A stretch of DNA of 64,000 bases from NCBI GenBank assembly GCA_017435045.1, contig JAFSFT010000031.1, positions 15,274 to 79,273 of the forward strand, in the 5' to 3' direction. A program made the position numbers and the translations under genes. Of the stretch, positions 63,917 through 64,000 are shown in pieces. The notes beneath the pieces were generated by a model. That model did no database searches and was not told where the DNA came from. It worked only from the letters and a program-made list of their open reading frames with translations. Position 1 is the first letter of the stretch; each line of letters opens with the position of its first letter. The DNA comes from Oscillospiraceae bacterium (GTDB lineage Bacteria; Bacillota; Clostridia; Oscillospirales; Ruminococcaceae).

Positions 63917-64000
63917 AAAAGCTTAAAGACAGGGATTGTGCATAGCAACCTTTGATTATGGAAAGCTTTTAATCTGCAGATATAAATAAACACAATACAG

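Noticed and set aside
1-64000. Search for tRNA, rRNA, CRISPR repeats, IS elements or long direct or inverted DNA repeats.
   Set aside because: I noticed no cloverleaf-like or rRNA-like segment, no regularly spaced repeats, and no transposase- or integrase-like ORFs. The only repeats seen are short coding low-complexity tracts (56440-56800, ~63010-63060, 40330-40356).

Overview
Clostridia-type chromosome segment. Signs of this: a T-box leader, SipW-type peptidases and lipoprotein SBPs. The dockerin and cohesin-like modules suggest a Ruminococcus/Oscillospiraceae-like gut anaerobe, but that is inference only.

Positions 1-33 kb are ordinary core and carbohydrate genes:
- murC (partial, runs off the window edge), an orphan family-5 SBP, an Fe-S aldo/keto reductase and a cell-wall amidase
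- a sufC / sufBD-like pair, acpS, and an AraC regulator next to an MFS transporter
- T-box-controlled pheS-pheT, then ireB
- a minus-strand maltodextrin-type operon (SBP, 2 permeases, LacI regulator, ATPase, malQ) with a perfect LacI/CcpA-type palindrome in its promoter
- three membrane-protein genes including a DUF2142/GT-C-like protein
- an M18 aminopeptidase, a ProC-like reductase, an alpha/beta hydrolase, an XRE-HTH fused to a polytopic membrane domain, an LtaS-like sulfatase and a stand-alone B3/B4 domain protein

Positions 33.5-63.9 kb hold 16 genes, all on the + strand, after a 500-bp AT-rich gap containing a consensus promoter. I read this block as a previously undescribed surface fibre/adhesin system:
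- a 2084-aa secreted protein ending in a dockerin
- a membrane-anchored cohesin-like protein
- a cytoplasmic protein with degenerate HD-GYP and EAL domains
- eight proteins (248-1438 aa) that share a TasA/BsaA-like N-terminal export motif and/or a TasA-like C-terminal strand motif
- two archaeal/ER-type (SipW-like) signal peptidases with coiled-coil tails
- a membrane-anchored McrB-family AAA+ NTPase translationally coupled to the first SipW, plus a coiled-coil partner
- a BspA-type LRR protein

I recognised no tRNA, rRNA, CRISPR array, transposase, integrase, sortase or LPXTG motif. Many long antisense ORFs in the track are codon-bias artefacts.
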